DNA of 64,000 bases from Aplysia californica (GCF_000002075.1 NW_004798018.1:157154-221153), one strand, 5' to 3'. Positions 11,801 to 22,898 are shown, counted from the stretch's first letter. Notes: generated by a model not told the origin, from the sequence alone. Translations and numbers: made by a program.

Positions 11801-13424
11801 CAACTGCCAGATCTGCAACTGACATCGGCGATCATGGTTTGCTATTCATTCATTTGCTCAAATGCACTTAAAAAAGCTATAGCCAAGACCCTGTTCTTGT
11901 TCATAAGTCAATGCTTTAAAATCTCACAAGGTGGGTGGTTGGCGGGTGCTCTGGTGTGGTCTGCTCCTTCTTTCCTATCAGACATCTATCGTCCTTATCT
12001 TCCCTTCTTCTTTTTTGTTTGTTACTCTCTTGTAACACCTCTAATCTTCTGGCGCTCATATGACCTTTGCAGTTGCGAGTGCCGTGAAACCTCTACTAAA
12101 AAAAAAAATCTCACATGGCATGTCTGGTGGTGCTTCTGTTTCTTAAATACTTGGTAGAAATAGACATGTGAGTAATTTTGTCAGAGGAGTAACCCAATGG
12201 TTTTTGTCCGCCCCATAGATCCACCTACGTACGCAGAGAGCATCGGAGGAGCTGTGAACATCAATGACGAAGATGATGACGAGCCCCCCGGGTCCAACAT
12301 GGGCGACCTCACGTACACCCCGATGTATCGCTATGTTTATAACTATAGGCCTCCACCAGCCTATCATGAGGTGAGTTGCAGGGAAAAACAGTTTTTCATT
12401 AAAAGAAAAATTTTAATGATCGAAATGTTATCATGAAAACTCACACAAAGAAAAAGAAAGAAAGAAATCAACCAAAGAAAAAAGAAAGAAATCGGCTTGA
12501 ATTGGAGAGTTGGGAGTTACGAAAAAATGTACACTAGCTTACTTTTTTACTTTGCTGCAGCTTTGAAAAGAGTTTAGACTGTTGACAGACAAATCATCAC
12601 CGTCTGCAGCTCCTCATTTCAGCTGCACGCCTTATACATTGTCGGTAAACTGGTCCTAGTTTCATGTGATTGATGCTCTATTCAGCATCACACATTTCCT
12701 TCATATCTGTCTCCTATCCCATGTCCAGGTTTGGCTAGCATGTCTAGTTTAGAATCACCTTCCTCTCTTTGTGAAATTGTTGTCCAGTCCAGGCTGCCTC
12801 TTCCATGTGGGTGGTTGGAGGGTACCACTGGTAGGTCCTATTTTTTTCCCTCTGTTGTTTCTGCCTCCAGACTATCTCTCTTTTCCTCTACATGAAACAA
12901 CCTTTTTTGTTTTGATATGCTTCTCTTTACACCAACAGAACCTCTTCCTTTTGATTTTTTTCTCTCTGTAGGTCGTGGGTGGTTGGCGGGTGCTCTGGTG
13001 TGGTTTGCTCCTTCTTTCCTATCAAATATCTATCCAGGGATGCCACTCAACTTTTTTTTAAATAGCTGAAAATCCACGCGCCACGGTCTCGCTAACATAT
13101 GAATATCAATTTGAAACCCAAAGGGTTTTTTTCTAACTATAGATTCTATCTCGATCTCAATAACGGAATAGCGGGTCAGGATCAAAATACTTGAAAAAAG
13201 CGAAAAAGTGGCATCCCTGTCTATCGTCTTTATCTCCCTTCCTTCTTTTTTGTCTTTATTACTCCCTTGTAACACTTCTAAGCTTCAGCACTTATACGAC
13301 TTAATTGTGTTGCAAGTGCCGTAAAACTCTTACTAAAACAAAAAACTTTCTGTAGGATGACCCAGGTGCCTTCCCACATTTGGAGCATTTGAGCCTGACG
13401 GCGTGCACAGACGAGGACTCCTGA
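2884..13424 (+). CDS. ARRDC3: Alpha-arrestin / arrestin domain-containing protein (ARRDC3-like; likely co-ortholog of ARRDC2/3/4/TXNIP), 8 coding exons, 423 aa
   Basis: Exons 2884-3142, 7282-7354, 8179-8326, 8716-8818, 9641-9897, 11520-11730, 12219-12370, 13356-13424; all GT-AG with matching phases, 1272 nt in total. Translation has arrestin-N (VFHPGEQVQGSVVVEL, GVAKVHWTE, TSFEGKHGSIRYWLKAEMDKPW), arrestin-C (EKTLCCWLCTSGPISITSRTDRRGYCPGESI, LKIPAVTPSI, LPVMIGTVP) and three PPxY motifs (PPPY, PPTY, PPAY). The exact vertebrate paralog assignment is uncertain. Confidence 0.93.
3368..3518. mobile_element. MITE family F with 6-bp TSD and internal (TTAGGG)-like repeats
   Basis: TIRs GGGGAGGAATTCCGTAGCGAGCGA / TCGCTTGTTACAGAAGTCCTTCCC; TSD TAATTT. 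Confidence 0.75.
3583..3822. mobile_element. piggyBac-like MITE
   Basis: TTAA|CCCCTTCGTGAC ... GTCATGAAGGGG|TTAA. Confidence 0.8.
4370..4755 (-). mobile_element. Degenerate family A SINE
   Basis: Reverse complement contains the head GGGGGCTGTC, CTACTGCTACTCCTGGCTTCTTACTGCTGTC and GCCTTCTCCGATGAGGACGGAAAATCTTGGAGG...GTGCAAGTTGAGCAC. Confidence 0.65.
5014..5253. mobile_element. piggyBac-like MITE
   Basis: TTAA|CCCTGTCCGTA ... TACGGATAGGG|TTAA. Confidence 0.8.
6798..6992 (-). mobile_element. Second tRNA-headed SINE (family J); related partial copy at ~32940-33010
   Basis: Minus-strand head GTGGTGAAGAGGTTAGGTGC...CCCGGGTTTGATCC (A/B boxes). The 3' part CCTGACAGGCTGGGTCGGAAGCCCACCTCCTGAATGATCTGAATTGTGTCGATGGGGGC is shared with the second copy. 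Confidence 0.65.
8505..8640. repeat. Degenerate ~37-bp tandem repeat
   Basis: AAATTGATGACMAATTTTG...TTTGTGAAAA repeated three to four times. Confidence 0.6.
10686..11416 (-). mobile_element. Family B copy split by the family A SINE
   Basis: Tail half 10686-10831 and head half 11371-11416; perfect 13-bp TSD AAAAGGAGATGTT (10673-10685 / 11417-11429). Confidence 0.85.
10832..11370 (+). mobile_element. SINE family A: tRNA-derived head + Nin/Deu-like central domain + I/Nimb-type tail
   Basis: Head GGGGGCTCTCGTGGCCTAGAGGTTAAGG...GGTTCGAATCC...ACCA with A and B boxes and a CTC anticodon-like loop. Core CCTTCTCGGAC...GGAGGGCCCGTGTG...CACGTTAAAGATCCC...AAGAGTAGG resembles the Deu/Nin domain. A-rich tail; 12-bp TSD AGAAAAGAAGAA (10820-10831 / 11371-11382). 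Confidence 0.85.
11931..12104 (+). mobile_element. Short retroelement family B (~175-185 bp, starts GTGGGTGGTTGGCGGG)
   Basis: Six copies in the window; A-rich tail; TSD AAAATCTCACAAG/AAAATCTCACATG. Confidence 0.85.
12975..13345 (+). mobile_element. Family B copy at the last acceptor of the arrestin gene, with a nested MITE
   Basis: GTGGGTGGTTGGCGGG head and GCACTT...AAGTGCCGTAAAAC tail; flanks CTCTCTGTAGG / CTTTCTGTAGG. Confidence 0.85.
13035..13219. mobile_element. hAT-like MITE nested in the family B copy
   Basis: TIRs CAGGGATGCCACT / AGTGGCATCCCTG; direct repeat TCTATC on both sides. Confidence 0.8.
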
Positions 13425-15324
13425 CGACCGCGGGAGTCTTGTAGTCCCCCTAGCGCCAAGTTATTCATGCGGCGAAAATCATGTGGAGATGTGGGATGTG
13501 ATGGATTGTCTGATGGTTGCCTGCCATCCTGGATGGAAACGTTCCCTTTGAGATGACAGTAGTGATGACGGTGGTGGTGGTCTCATTGATATCTCTACTC
13601 CAGGGTGTATGATGACCTTTCTTTTTGGGGTCTGAGGTGGCGAATTGTGCAGGTTTCAGCCTCACTGTGTGAGTTAGGCATATATCGCTATTTGATCATG
13701 TTTTCAAAAATGTTTTTTTCTTCTGCGATCAAACACAAACTGTATTATTATCGTTTATTTATTTATTTTGATAAAAAAAGTATTTTTTTGTTCTTTTGTT
13801 TAAAACTAAGCCTGTTATGGACAAAAGTTGCAGAGCATGCATTTCTGTGTTTGCTGTAAACTGCGATTGTCATGCTGTTAACTTATTATTCAAATAACAA
13901 TTTGAGCATCAAAGGTTGAAATGTTGAAAAGGTTTTCGTTGTTACTATACATTGTACTTGAATAAGAATTGTGTTGCATGAGTCGAGCACACGTGTGTGA
14001 AAATCTAGTCGGGCGTATTGTTTTGTCAGATGTACGTTGTTGGTAAAGTCTTTGTGTAAACACATTACAGTATTTATGAAATTGCTGTTTATCTCGTATT
14101 TTAGAATTTTGAACACTGTTTTGTCAAAATTCACCCTGTTGTCTCTGAAAGGGTTTGTGATTTAAAAAATATTATAAATGCTCTTTAATTCATTGAAATG
14201 CATCCCTTTTTAGCTTTTGAATATTCTTTTTGAGAAGACTATTTTGAAAAACGAAAAGGTTTTTACGAAGTTTAGAATGAGGTTTATGATAATCAAATGA
14301 TTTACAAAATCACTTTGGTGTTGACTTTGAAGGGAAATTGGGGAGATGATGAAGAAATGAAGGTCCCAATTGAAGTGTAAAGGTAATGAATTATGAATGA
14401 AAGGGAAGAAAGGAGAGAGTGAGAGTAGAAAGAAGGGCCAGAGATTTAAAAAAAGATACAGGGTTAAGAACAATAGATTGAAAGGTAAACAGCTGTCCTT
14501 TAAAAAAAAAAATCAGTTGCAGTCGTAATTGAATGTGCTGACTGTTGTTGTCATCCGAAAATAAAAAAAGAAGGAACTGGTTGTTTTTTCTGATTTCAGA
14601 TGTTCTGTTTATGATATAAGTTTGAGTGAAGATAGTGACTGCAGAGTCTATTAAGCTTTGAGATGGTATTATTGAAAGAGCCAAGTTATTTGTTATTTTA
14701 TTGTCATAAGTGGGGAAACTTTCTGCTTTAGTTTTGAATTTAATTATTTTGTAAAGATTAATTTAGTTCAGCTCAATTTTTACATATAAATTAGCTCCGT
14801 CAATAGATTTTTGTAGGTAGTGGAACATAACTTTATTTTGAGATCCGTGATTATTTGTGATTTCCTTTAAATAGGTTGTAGTGAAGGGAATGCGGATTTT
14901 CTATTAAAGGATTATGATTTTTAGTCTGGGTTAAAAATAACAAGCTCAGGGGATGAGGTCTTTTATGTTAGACTGGAAGAGTTAAGGGGTCATTTATATA
15001 TCAAGAATTGGAAATTAAAGAATGAATAGAAATGCAAGGAGGATGAGAGAGTGGCCACTAGTGCTAGTCTCAGAATGGGATTTTTTCCATTTCAAAGGTT
15101 TTCCAAGTGTTAAGCTTTACATTGCTGATATGTAGGTAAAAGGCTAGTGTCATAACGAGAATAATAGCGTTATGGTTGTGACCATCTGGATGGTGTGCTG
15201 TCGTTACCTTACACAGTGGTCACCTGAGGTTGGGCCATTCTACTTGATGATACTGTGATGGAAAATTTGTTGGTCTTAGTTTTGTGAAGTTTGTCTGTGT
15301 GGGGTGTTTCCAATGTTGTGATCT

Positions 15325-15748
15325 TGTCAGAAGTATGTTGTGTGTCGACTGTCAAAAGTATGTTGTGTGTCGTATGTTGTGTGTCAACTGTCAGAAGTAT
15401 GTTGTGTGTCGACTGTCAGAAGTATGTTGTGTGTCGTATGTTGTGTGTCGACTGTCAAAAGTATGTTGTGTGTCGACTGTCAGAAGTATGTTGTGTGTCA
15501 ACTGTCAGAAGTATGTTGTGTGTCGACTGTCAGAAGTATGTTGTGTGTTGTATGTTGTGTGTCAACTGTCAGAAGTATGTTGTGAGTCGACTGTCAGAAG
15601 TATGTTGTGTGTCGTATGTTGTGTGTCAACTGTCAGAAGTATGTTGTGAGTCGACTGTCAGAAGTATGTTGTGTGTCGACTGTCAGAAGTATGTTGTGTG
15701 TCGTATGTTGTGTGTCGACTGTCAGAAGTATGTTGTGTATCGACTGTC
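15325..15748 (+). repeat. Minisatellite of mixed 25-nt and 39-nt units (TGTCAGAAGTATGTTGTGTGTCGAC, with or without an extra GTATGTTGTGTGTC)
   Basis: About 14 units read directly from the sequence. Confidence 0.95.
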
Positions 15749-18700
15749 CAGGGCCAGGCAGTGAGAGACGTGGAGGGTTACAGTTCTACAGGGGCTCGGA
15801 CAGAGCAAGGTTTTATGTAATATGAAGGTGATGAAATATTAGTCTGTTTTCCATCCCTGTAGTGTATGTATACGTATATATATATAATATATTTAGCACA
15901 TGTTACCCCTAAACCATGCATATTGTGACCAATCTTCTCAAGGCGCCGAACATTTGTCATTAAAATTATTATTTTTTAAAAATTGAGTAGTATTTTCTGC
16001 TATTTATGGAATCCATGATAGAAATTTACTAATCCAAAAGATCATAAATGTGTAATACAAATAATTTATAACCAATTTTATCATGTTGAAGCTTTTTGGG
16101 GTTCAGGCTGTGATTGAGAAAGTGTAAGTTTTTCTGTTGAATGTTTTTAATCTTCATGTTGTGGTCAAGTTGGATTCTGATGTCATTATTGTCATGCCGT
16201 GTGAAGGAAAAGCTTCTGTACTACTGCAGCTATCATGACGGGAAGGCGGTTTTATTAATCAGTAGTAAATGTTTTTGTCCTGAGTTTCCTACTTACATAT
16301 TTGCCACTGGCATTTACCACAACATTTAGAGACTAAAATCGTGGTGAGTGCATATTCAAAAGAAATGTCACAACCCAAATTGGGACGTTAGTCACTATCA
16401 CTAAATTTTGTAGGCTTAGGGCAGGGTGTTCTGTGAGTCACATTAGTTCTAGATCTATAGGTTGGACACCAAATAGCTCAAAATACGCATAACGAAGCCT
16501 TATATGAAAACCCTTGATAAGTTTATTTAGAGGTATTGCTGTCTTAAGAAAAATGTGCAGCTCCAAAGGTTTTTATTCAGGATGTAAAGCGAGGTTGTAG
16601 GAAGTTGAGTATTTGTTATTTGGCTCAGACGATATCCTCTTTTAAATTCTGTTTACAGAAATGATAGGTAGGCCTACAGATGTAATGGAACTTGCACATT
16701 TTCAAAAGTTCTGGTCTCAAGCATGTGATGGTTGTTTTTTTTCAAATATTGATGTATTCTTTGCCTGCCTTTGTCTCTCACCCGTGATTTATTAAGTTTC
16801 TGAAGATATACAATCTGTTTCTGGTGTCTAATACATGAATACAGATGTCTAAGCCATATTTTATGAATCTCCAACTTGTCTCCTATTTTAAAATCCAAGT
16901 TTTTTCAATGATCACCATAAGAGATTTCAGTGTATAGCATGTTGCGCCATTGCTCCTAGATTCACCTTGTTTGACTACATTGGAAGGCATCAGACTGTTA
17001 TTTCTGGGATTATTTTACGTTTAAGTTGAATATCAGTACTGGATGAGTTTTCTGTTGAGATTATATCAACTCTGAATCATTGACTTGAAGTGGTCGGTGT
17101 GTTTGAAATTATGGACGGGTTGAAACAAAATGCACTTAGATTTGTCAAACAAACTGGAAAATTATCAATTGCTGTTGAAATTTCACCTATCTTGCGGAGA
17201 GTTAACTGCAAAATAGTTTAGCTTGACATTACTTTTTCATGTTTTTAAAGTGTTTGGTTGCACAAGTACCCATGACTTTTTAAAAATACTTTTAATTGAA
17301 AAGCATATGTGGAATGTGAGGTACTCTTTTTATTCCGTCACATCTCACTGAATATCGTGAGTGAAACCGTGAATGACAAACATTTATCTTCAGAACAGTA
17401 TTACACCTTTTTTTGTTGGAGGATGTATCTCTCATTAAAATTCCATTACCGGTACTATAAAATTTCTTTTGCTGAAATCTAACAACAAATGTGCTGAGAC
17501 TTTCAGCTGTATACTGAAAACGGACTGTGGTTTAGATTGTCCTTATAGTCGAGTAGTGAGGGTTGTGAACTCGTTTGTGGAAGAACATTTTTTGTTTCCC
17601 TATTAAAGTAAAGTTGTAGAAAATGTTTTAGATAAAGCAATTTTTTAAAACAGATGTATCTTTTACAGAATTTTTGCTCCTCCCCCTTTGTTTTGAGAGT
17701 AGTTGAACCAAAGGTTGTGTTGACATTGACAATGTGTCTTGAAAATTTAGATTTGAATTTTTGTATTAGAATATCCATTACATTTTAGAAGCATGTATTT
17801 ATTATATTTGTATTTGACTGTCATATTTAATATTCATTGTACGCATTATAGCTTTGACAATGAGGTAGTCCTCGCATTCAGCCATCTTTGTGAATGATCG
17901 TCGTATAAGACGGGTTGTATTAACATGTATTATATAAGTCATTTATTATAATATAATAATGTACATGCGTATTTGTATGTTATTAATATCCTGTGTACTT
18001 ATTAACATATCAGCCATATACATGATGTGTCCAAGTGAGCAGTGAGCCTGCTTTGTCTAAGTGTGTGCAGGACACATGCTTGGTCCAAGTGTGCAGTTCG
18101 TATAACTTGTTGAAATGTGCGTGTGGTACTCGTACTTTCTGTTGGGTGTGGGTGATATTTAACCGAAGTTTGTTGTGTTACAGTGTGCATATGCTGTTTA
18201 AATGTGCAGAACTCCTATTTTTATGTCGTTCTTGCCAGTTCTGACAAAATACTGAAGCATTCACTGCGGATGTTTTTGATTTGATTATAATCATTCCCTT
18301 TGTCAAAACATTTTGGGCTGAGCTGGATCGAGAGAAAGAATGAACTTATGGCTGAATTGCAGTGAAAGTTTAGAGTGTTTTCAGTATTTCTGCACCCTTA
18401 CCTGAATCTCACTTTTCTGATTTGCTGATTATTCAAGCAGCTGAGAAAAAGCAGATTCTTTTTTTTTTCCTTTGCAGCCAAAGGCGAGCTTTGACGTTAT
18501 AGTATAAGCCATAAATAAATGAAGAATCCCCATCAATTGCAAAATGTACTGACAGCCAAATCTGGGTGTTTTGGAAAACCCCATTCACTCCAGAGTCTTA
18601 TAGTAAGAAATGCAATGAGAATATAAAAAAAAAAGCGGGCAGTAACATTGATATTTAGCATGATAAAACTGCGTTTCATTCACATTTTTTTCAGAGAATA

Positions 18701-21335
18701 AGGTTGTTTTTTTCTCTCTCCTTTTTTTGTCAGTTTTGTAGTAAATAGATATACTGCGTTTTGCCATGTTGCCCTTCAGATGCACTTTGAGGTGTTTTAA
18801 AGGTTTTGTAAAATCCTGAATCTACACAGTCTATACGAAATACAAGGTCAAAATCAATTCTTTCAGCACTGGTAAATTTGCTTTTAATATTTTTATGGAT
18901 GTTATCAAAACAAGAGGCATGATGTTTATGTTTCAACAGATATTTATCGTTGCTGTTGACGGGAAAATGAGCAACTTGGTTGACCTTGCTTCACAAGTTA
19001 AGTTAGATTCTAAAGTTAGAATCATTTATTTTTATTCATTTTCCTTGCGACGCTTATACATATATGCATTTGTGTGAACGTGGGTGTATGTGTGTTGAGT
19101 TAAACATTTGACTGTATTTTCTAGAGAGATTTCCCCTTGCCAAAACTCTGAGCCTTGAGCTCATGCCCAGATGCGGTCAGTACTCATAAATCAGTGGCCT
19201 TTACACGCAGGTGGTCTCAGACAAAAAGGAAGCATGTGTTTGTGTGGATATGAAAGAAATTTTTATGCTGAAATATTTACTATTGATTGACAAGTTATGG
19301 GTAAGTTTTATTGATTCTGATTTGTGTTTGAGCATTTTAACTTCAGCCTTTCAATTGTTCAATTTGAGGGTCTCATTTTGTCATTTGTTACAGGTCCAAG
19401 AAAATTTCGAGGGGCATCGGAAAGCAAACATCTAGTTTGGGTAGAATAAAATGAAATGCTGGGTTGGCAGTAAGGAAGTTGTAGTACCTGCTAGCTTTAT
19501 CAGGTACAGCAGGCCAGTTATTGTTCTTCATTGACAAATATGGGGACTCAAAAACACAGGAGGCAGAAAACATTCGACATTTTAGTATAGCGTGGCGACA
19601 GTCTCGACAAAGTCATGTACTTTGCTGGATGCGGTTCATTGTCTGGGGGCTCCAGCTTAAGATCTTTGTAAAATTAATGAAGTTTCGTGAATTCCGACTC
19701 ATGTCCGAGTGGTGTGACTCTACTTATCGGGAGTGCTGCTGAGTGTGTTTGTAGCTAGCCTTTTCTTGTACACTTTTGTGTGATTTGAGAATGCTGAATC
19801 AGCCTTTTGCTTGCGTGTTACTTAGCTTCTATTTCTATTCGTATATATGTTGTGCATTATTTATGCTTATGAAGTCAAGATTCTTTGTTGAAGAAAAAGA
19901 TCTCTTGGTCTCTCTGAAGAGGATTAGAGAGGAGCAGCAGAAGGATTACTGTAAAGAGATGGTTTTCGTACGGTACTTTTTTCTCCACTAGTTCATCAAC
20001 CCTGTCACAGCCAGATCAACCACTGTGGTTGAACATTGCTGTAATTATTTCTGCAGTTTTTGTACATGACTCTCGCTTCTTTTGTGCTGTGGGGTTTTTC
20101 AGCTTGGGTCTGTTGGCCTCTCTCACAGGGTCTCAGTGGCTGAGCTGATCAAACCACAAACTTGAATAAAATGTGCAGCCAGTATACGACCTGCTGTGGT
20201 CACACTCTCCTCAACCAACTGGTGGTTCCAACTGATGGGGGTCTGCCTTCAGCCCGAAGAAAAACCGCACAAAAAACTAAAAAGTCTATGCTTTTCATCC
20301 CGGTTACCGAAAGTCACAAAGTTCCTCATGAAATTACTAATGTGTTGAATGTACATCTTCCTACGTGGCATGTTGTTCTGTAAAAAGTAGTAGTACAAAT
20401 AACAAAAGTTACAGTTACTGCAATAAGTCTGTAAGCCTAGTAGACAACTCGTGACAGTTTCATGCTTAGCAAAAAAGAAAAAACCAAAAGCTTCGAGAGA
20501 GTTTTGGATTCTCATGGATTGTTATACTAGCAAAAGGTTTAGCATCAAGATAAGAGGAAAAATGCTTTTTTATCGATGTGTCGTAGGGATTAATTCCTTT
20601 TTTTCACATGAATTTGAATACTTATTCATCCACTGAATACAATTATTTTTCACTCACATATCACAAGGCTCTTTTGCAGCTGTGTAGGCTACCTGTTTGA
20701 AAAAAAACAACCTAAACCCTAATGAGAGTAATTGCGATGGGAATGATAACGAGACTGCTGTAGGGCAGCACACTTAATTTCTTTTTACTGAAAGGCGTCT
20801 CGAGGTGATGATCTTTAAAAGTAAATAAGCAATATTATGCACAAAAGATGTTCCAGTCATTTATTTATTATTCTGTGGGAAGAAAGTTCCTTATAGAGCC
20901 TGATCAAAGAAAAAAACCCAAATCATCTTTCTTCCTATTTGGTTTCAAGTTCAACATTGTTTGGTGGGGGCTTTTTTCAGGTTAAAATAACATTATTTTC
21001 AACCGGTACTCCACAAAAATATTTTTATAATTTAATTTTCTTATTGCGAACGTAACATATGTATGCGCAGACTGTCATTCTTCTGACTGCTTATCATGGT
21101 ATATGACAGTGCTGTATCGTTCTGTAGCCCATTCATAACCGGGAAAATGCTAACTCTGCTTTGCTGTTGCAGAATGTGCTATTTTTACTTTTACTTATCG
21201 CTGTGAAATCCTTTAAACAGCTGTCGCTTCTGTGGTACTTTTTTATGTATTGGCTTTATCCTGTTTTTATTTAATTTTGAATTCGAAACAAGCTTTACAA
21301 CGTGTTCATGTATAGAATATAAATATTTTTTACAA

Positions 21336-21341
21336 AATAAA
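21336..21341 (+). terminator. Candidate polyadenylation signal of the arrestin gene
   Basis: AATAAA preceded by U-rich sequence and followed by TTTGTG...CTTTTTTTGTGT. Confidence 0.45.
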
Positions 21342-22402
21342 AATTTGTGCAATGTATGGTCTTACTGTTCCATCTTTTTTTGTGTACTGCCGTCAAGTAA
21401 ATGTTTGGACTGACAAGAAGAGCATTTTAGTACAAACAATTCACTTTTTGGACTAGAGATCTCAAGAATGTTTATGCTTATGATGTGCAACAATCGTATG
21501 AATTGACACAAAGCTCTCTCCCTTCCAGTGGGTCCAGGTGGTGACCAATTCACTATCCTAGCTGCCAAACAGTATGTAAAAAACTTATTTAATCCTTTTT
21601 TTTAGAGCCAGGGTACAGATGTTAATTTTCGTATCAGAAAGTACATACTTCTGGTTTGTTTAGTATTGCTCCTCACGGACTTGCCACTGAAGAAAATTTA
21701 TGAACAGTCAAAACTGGACTTGTGAATATAATGAGAATGAAGCCATAATTCAATCAGAAAAATCTTTTGCTGCAGGGCCACTTGGAATTTATTGAAAAAG
21801 AAGTTGAGGGGGGGTGGGGGGTGCTGCGTGAACAATGCCCACTACATTGACCCCATGTGAGACTTTACTCCCAGTACTACTGCAGAGGTTGGTTCAACCT
21901 CTCTAATTATGTTGTGAAAATCAGTTCTCTGTGACAAAATGTGAAGCTTTTTCTTCCTCTAGTGTGTCTGTCATTCCACCTCCTAAATGATCTTAATTGT
22001 ATCGATGAGGGCAGAAAACACCTGCAGTTATCTACAGTGGAGTCTGCTTTAACCAAAATCGGCAGAACTGCCGCATTTTCTTTGGTTTAGCCAGTTTTTG
22101 GTTCAGGAATGTTGCTCAAAATAGAAAAAAAACCCAACAACCTGGGATTTTCTTTTCTTTCAGTTTACCACTGTCTTTCAGATGAACCATATTTGATTGA
22201 AGTAGTCTCCACTGACTCCACTGTATGTCATTTTTCTTGCCACCTGCATTCTGTGACTATGATAATGTCTGTATGTCCTGTTGACTTCCAGCAATGTGTA
22301 AGTCAAAGACAAAAGTGCACAGTTCACATGATGCAGTTTAACTCATTCAGTGTTATGGACGGGAATACTCGCGAAACCTGCCCACATACTAATGACAAGT
22401 AT

Positions 22403-22576
22403 GTGGGTGGTTGGCGGGTGCTCTGGTGTGGTTTGCTTCTTCTTTCCTATCAAACGTCTATCATCCTGATCTCTCCTTCGTATTTTTTATGCTTGTTACT
22501 CTCTTGTAACACCTCTAATCTTCTGGCGCTCATATGACCTTATGCAGTTGCGAGCGCCATAAAACCTCTACTAAAA
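22403..22576 (+). mobile_element. Family B copy in the intergenic region
   Basis: Full head and tail; degenerate TSD TAATGACAAGTAT / TAAAGATGAGTAT. Confidence 0.85.
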
Positions 22577-22898
22577 CTAAAGATGAGTATTCTCGCATTC
22601 TGCCTTGCTATCTTTATAGAAAGAATTATTCTATCTAATCCATACCCAGTCATTTGAACTAATCGTGATGCATTATGCGAAAGGTCAAGGAGACATTTTT
22701 TCTGCTCGAACAGCCATTGAGCCTGCTAGTTTTTATTGATTTTTCCGGGGTAGACCTAATTTTTATGTTGCCATAACAAAACTGCCCAGTATATGACGGG
22801 AGTTCACTGCTGGAGCACACAGCACTGAATGAGTTAACACATTATGTCCTAAATGTTATTATTATAATCAGTCAAAAGAGCTGTAGTTTGTAAATTTC

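Larger units (their letters stand above)
13425..21360 (+). other. Probable long 3' UTR of the arrestin gene
   Basis: T/GT-rich + strand with no recognisable SINE copies. AATAAA at 21336-21341 is followed by a GT/T-rich downstream element. Earlier AATAAA sites lie near 18514, 19445 and 20165. Confidence 0.5.

Noticed and set aside
15284-15825. Overlapping Cys/Val-rich ORFs, and CRISPR-like periodicity
   Set aside because: Translation of a stop-free minisatellite; no unique spacers; eukaryotic context
16235-16285. SECIS-like ATGA...TGAG in the 3' UTR that might recode the arrestin TGA
   Set aside because: Helix II pairs poorly and the AA motif is misplaced; the TGA is at the normal C-terminal position for the family
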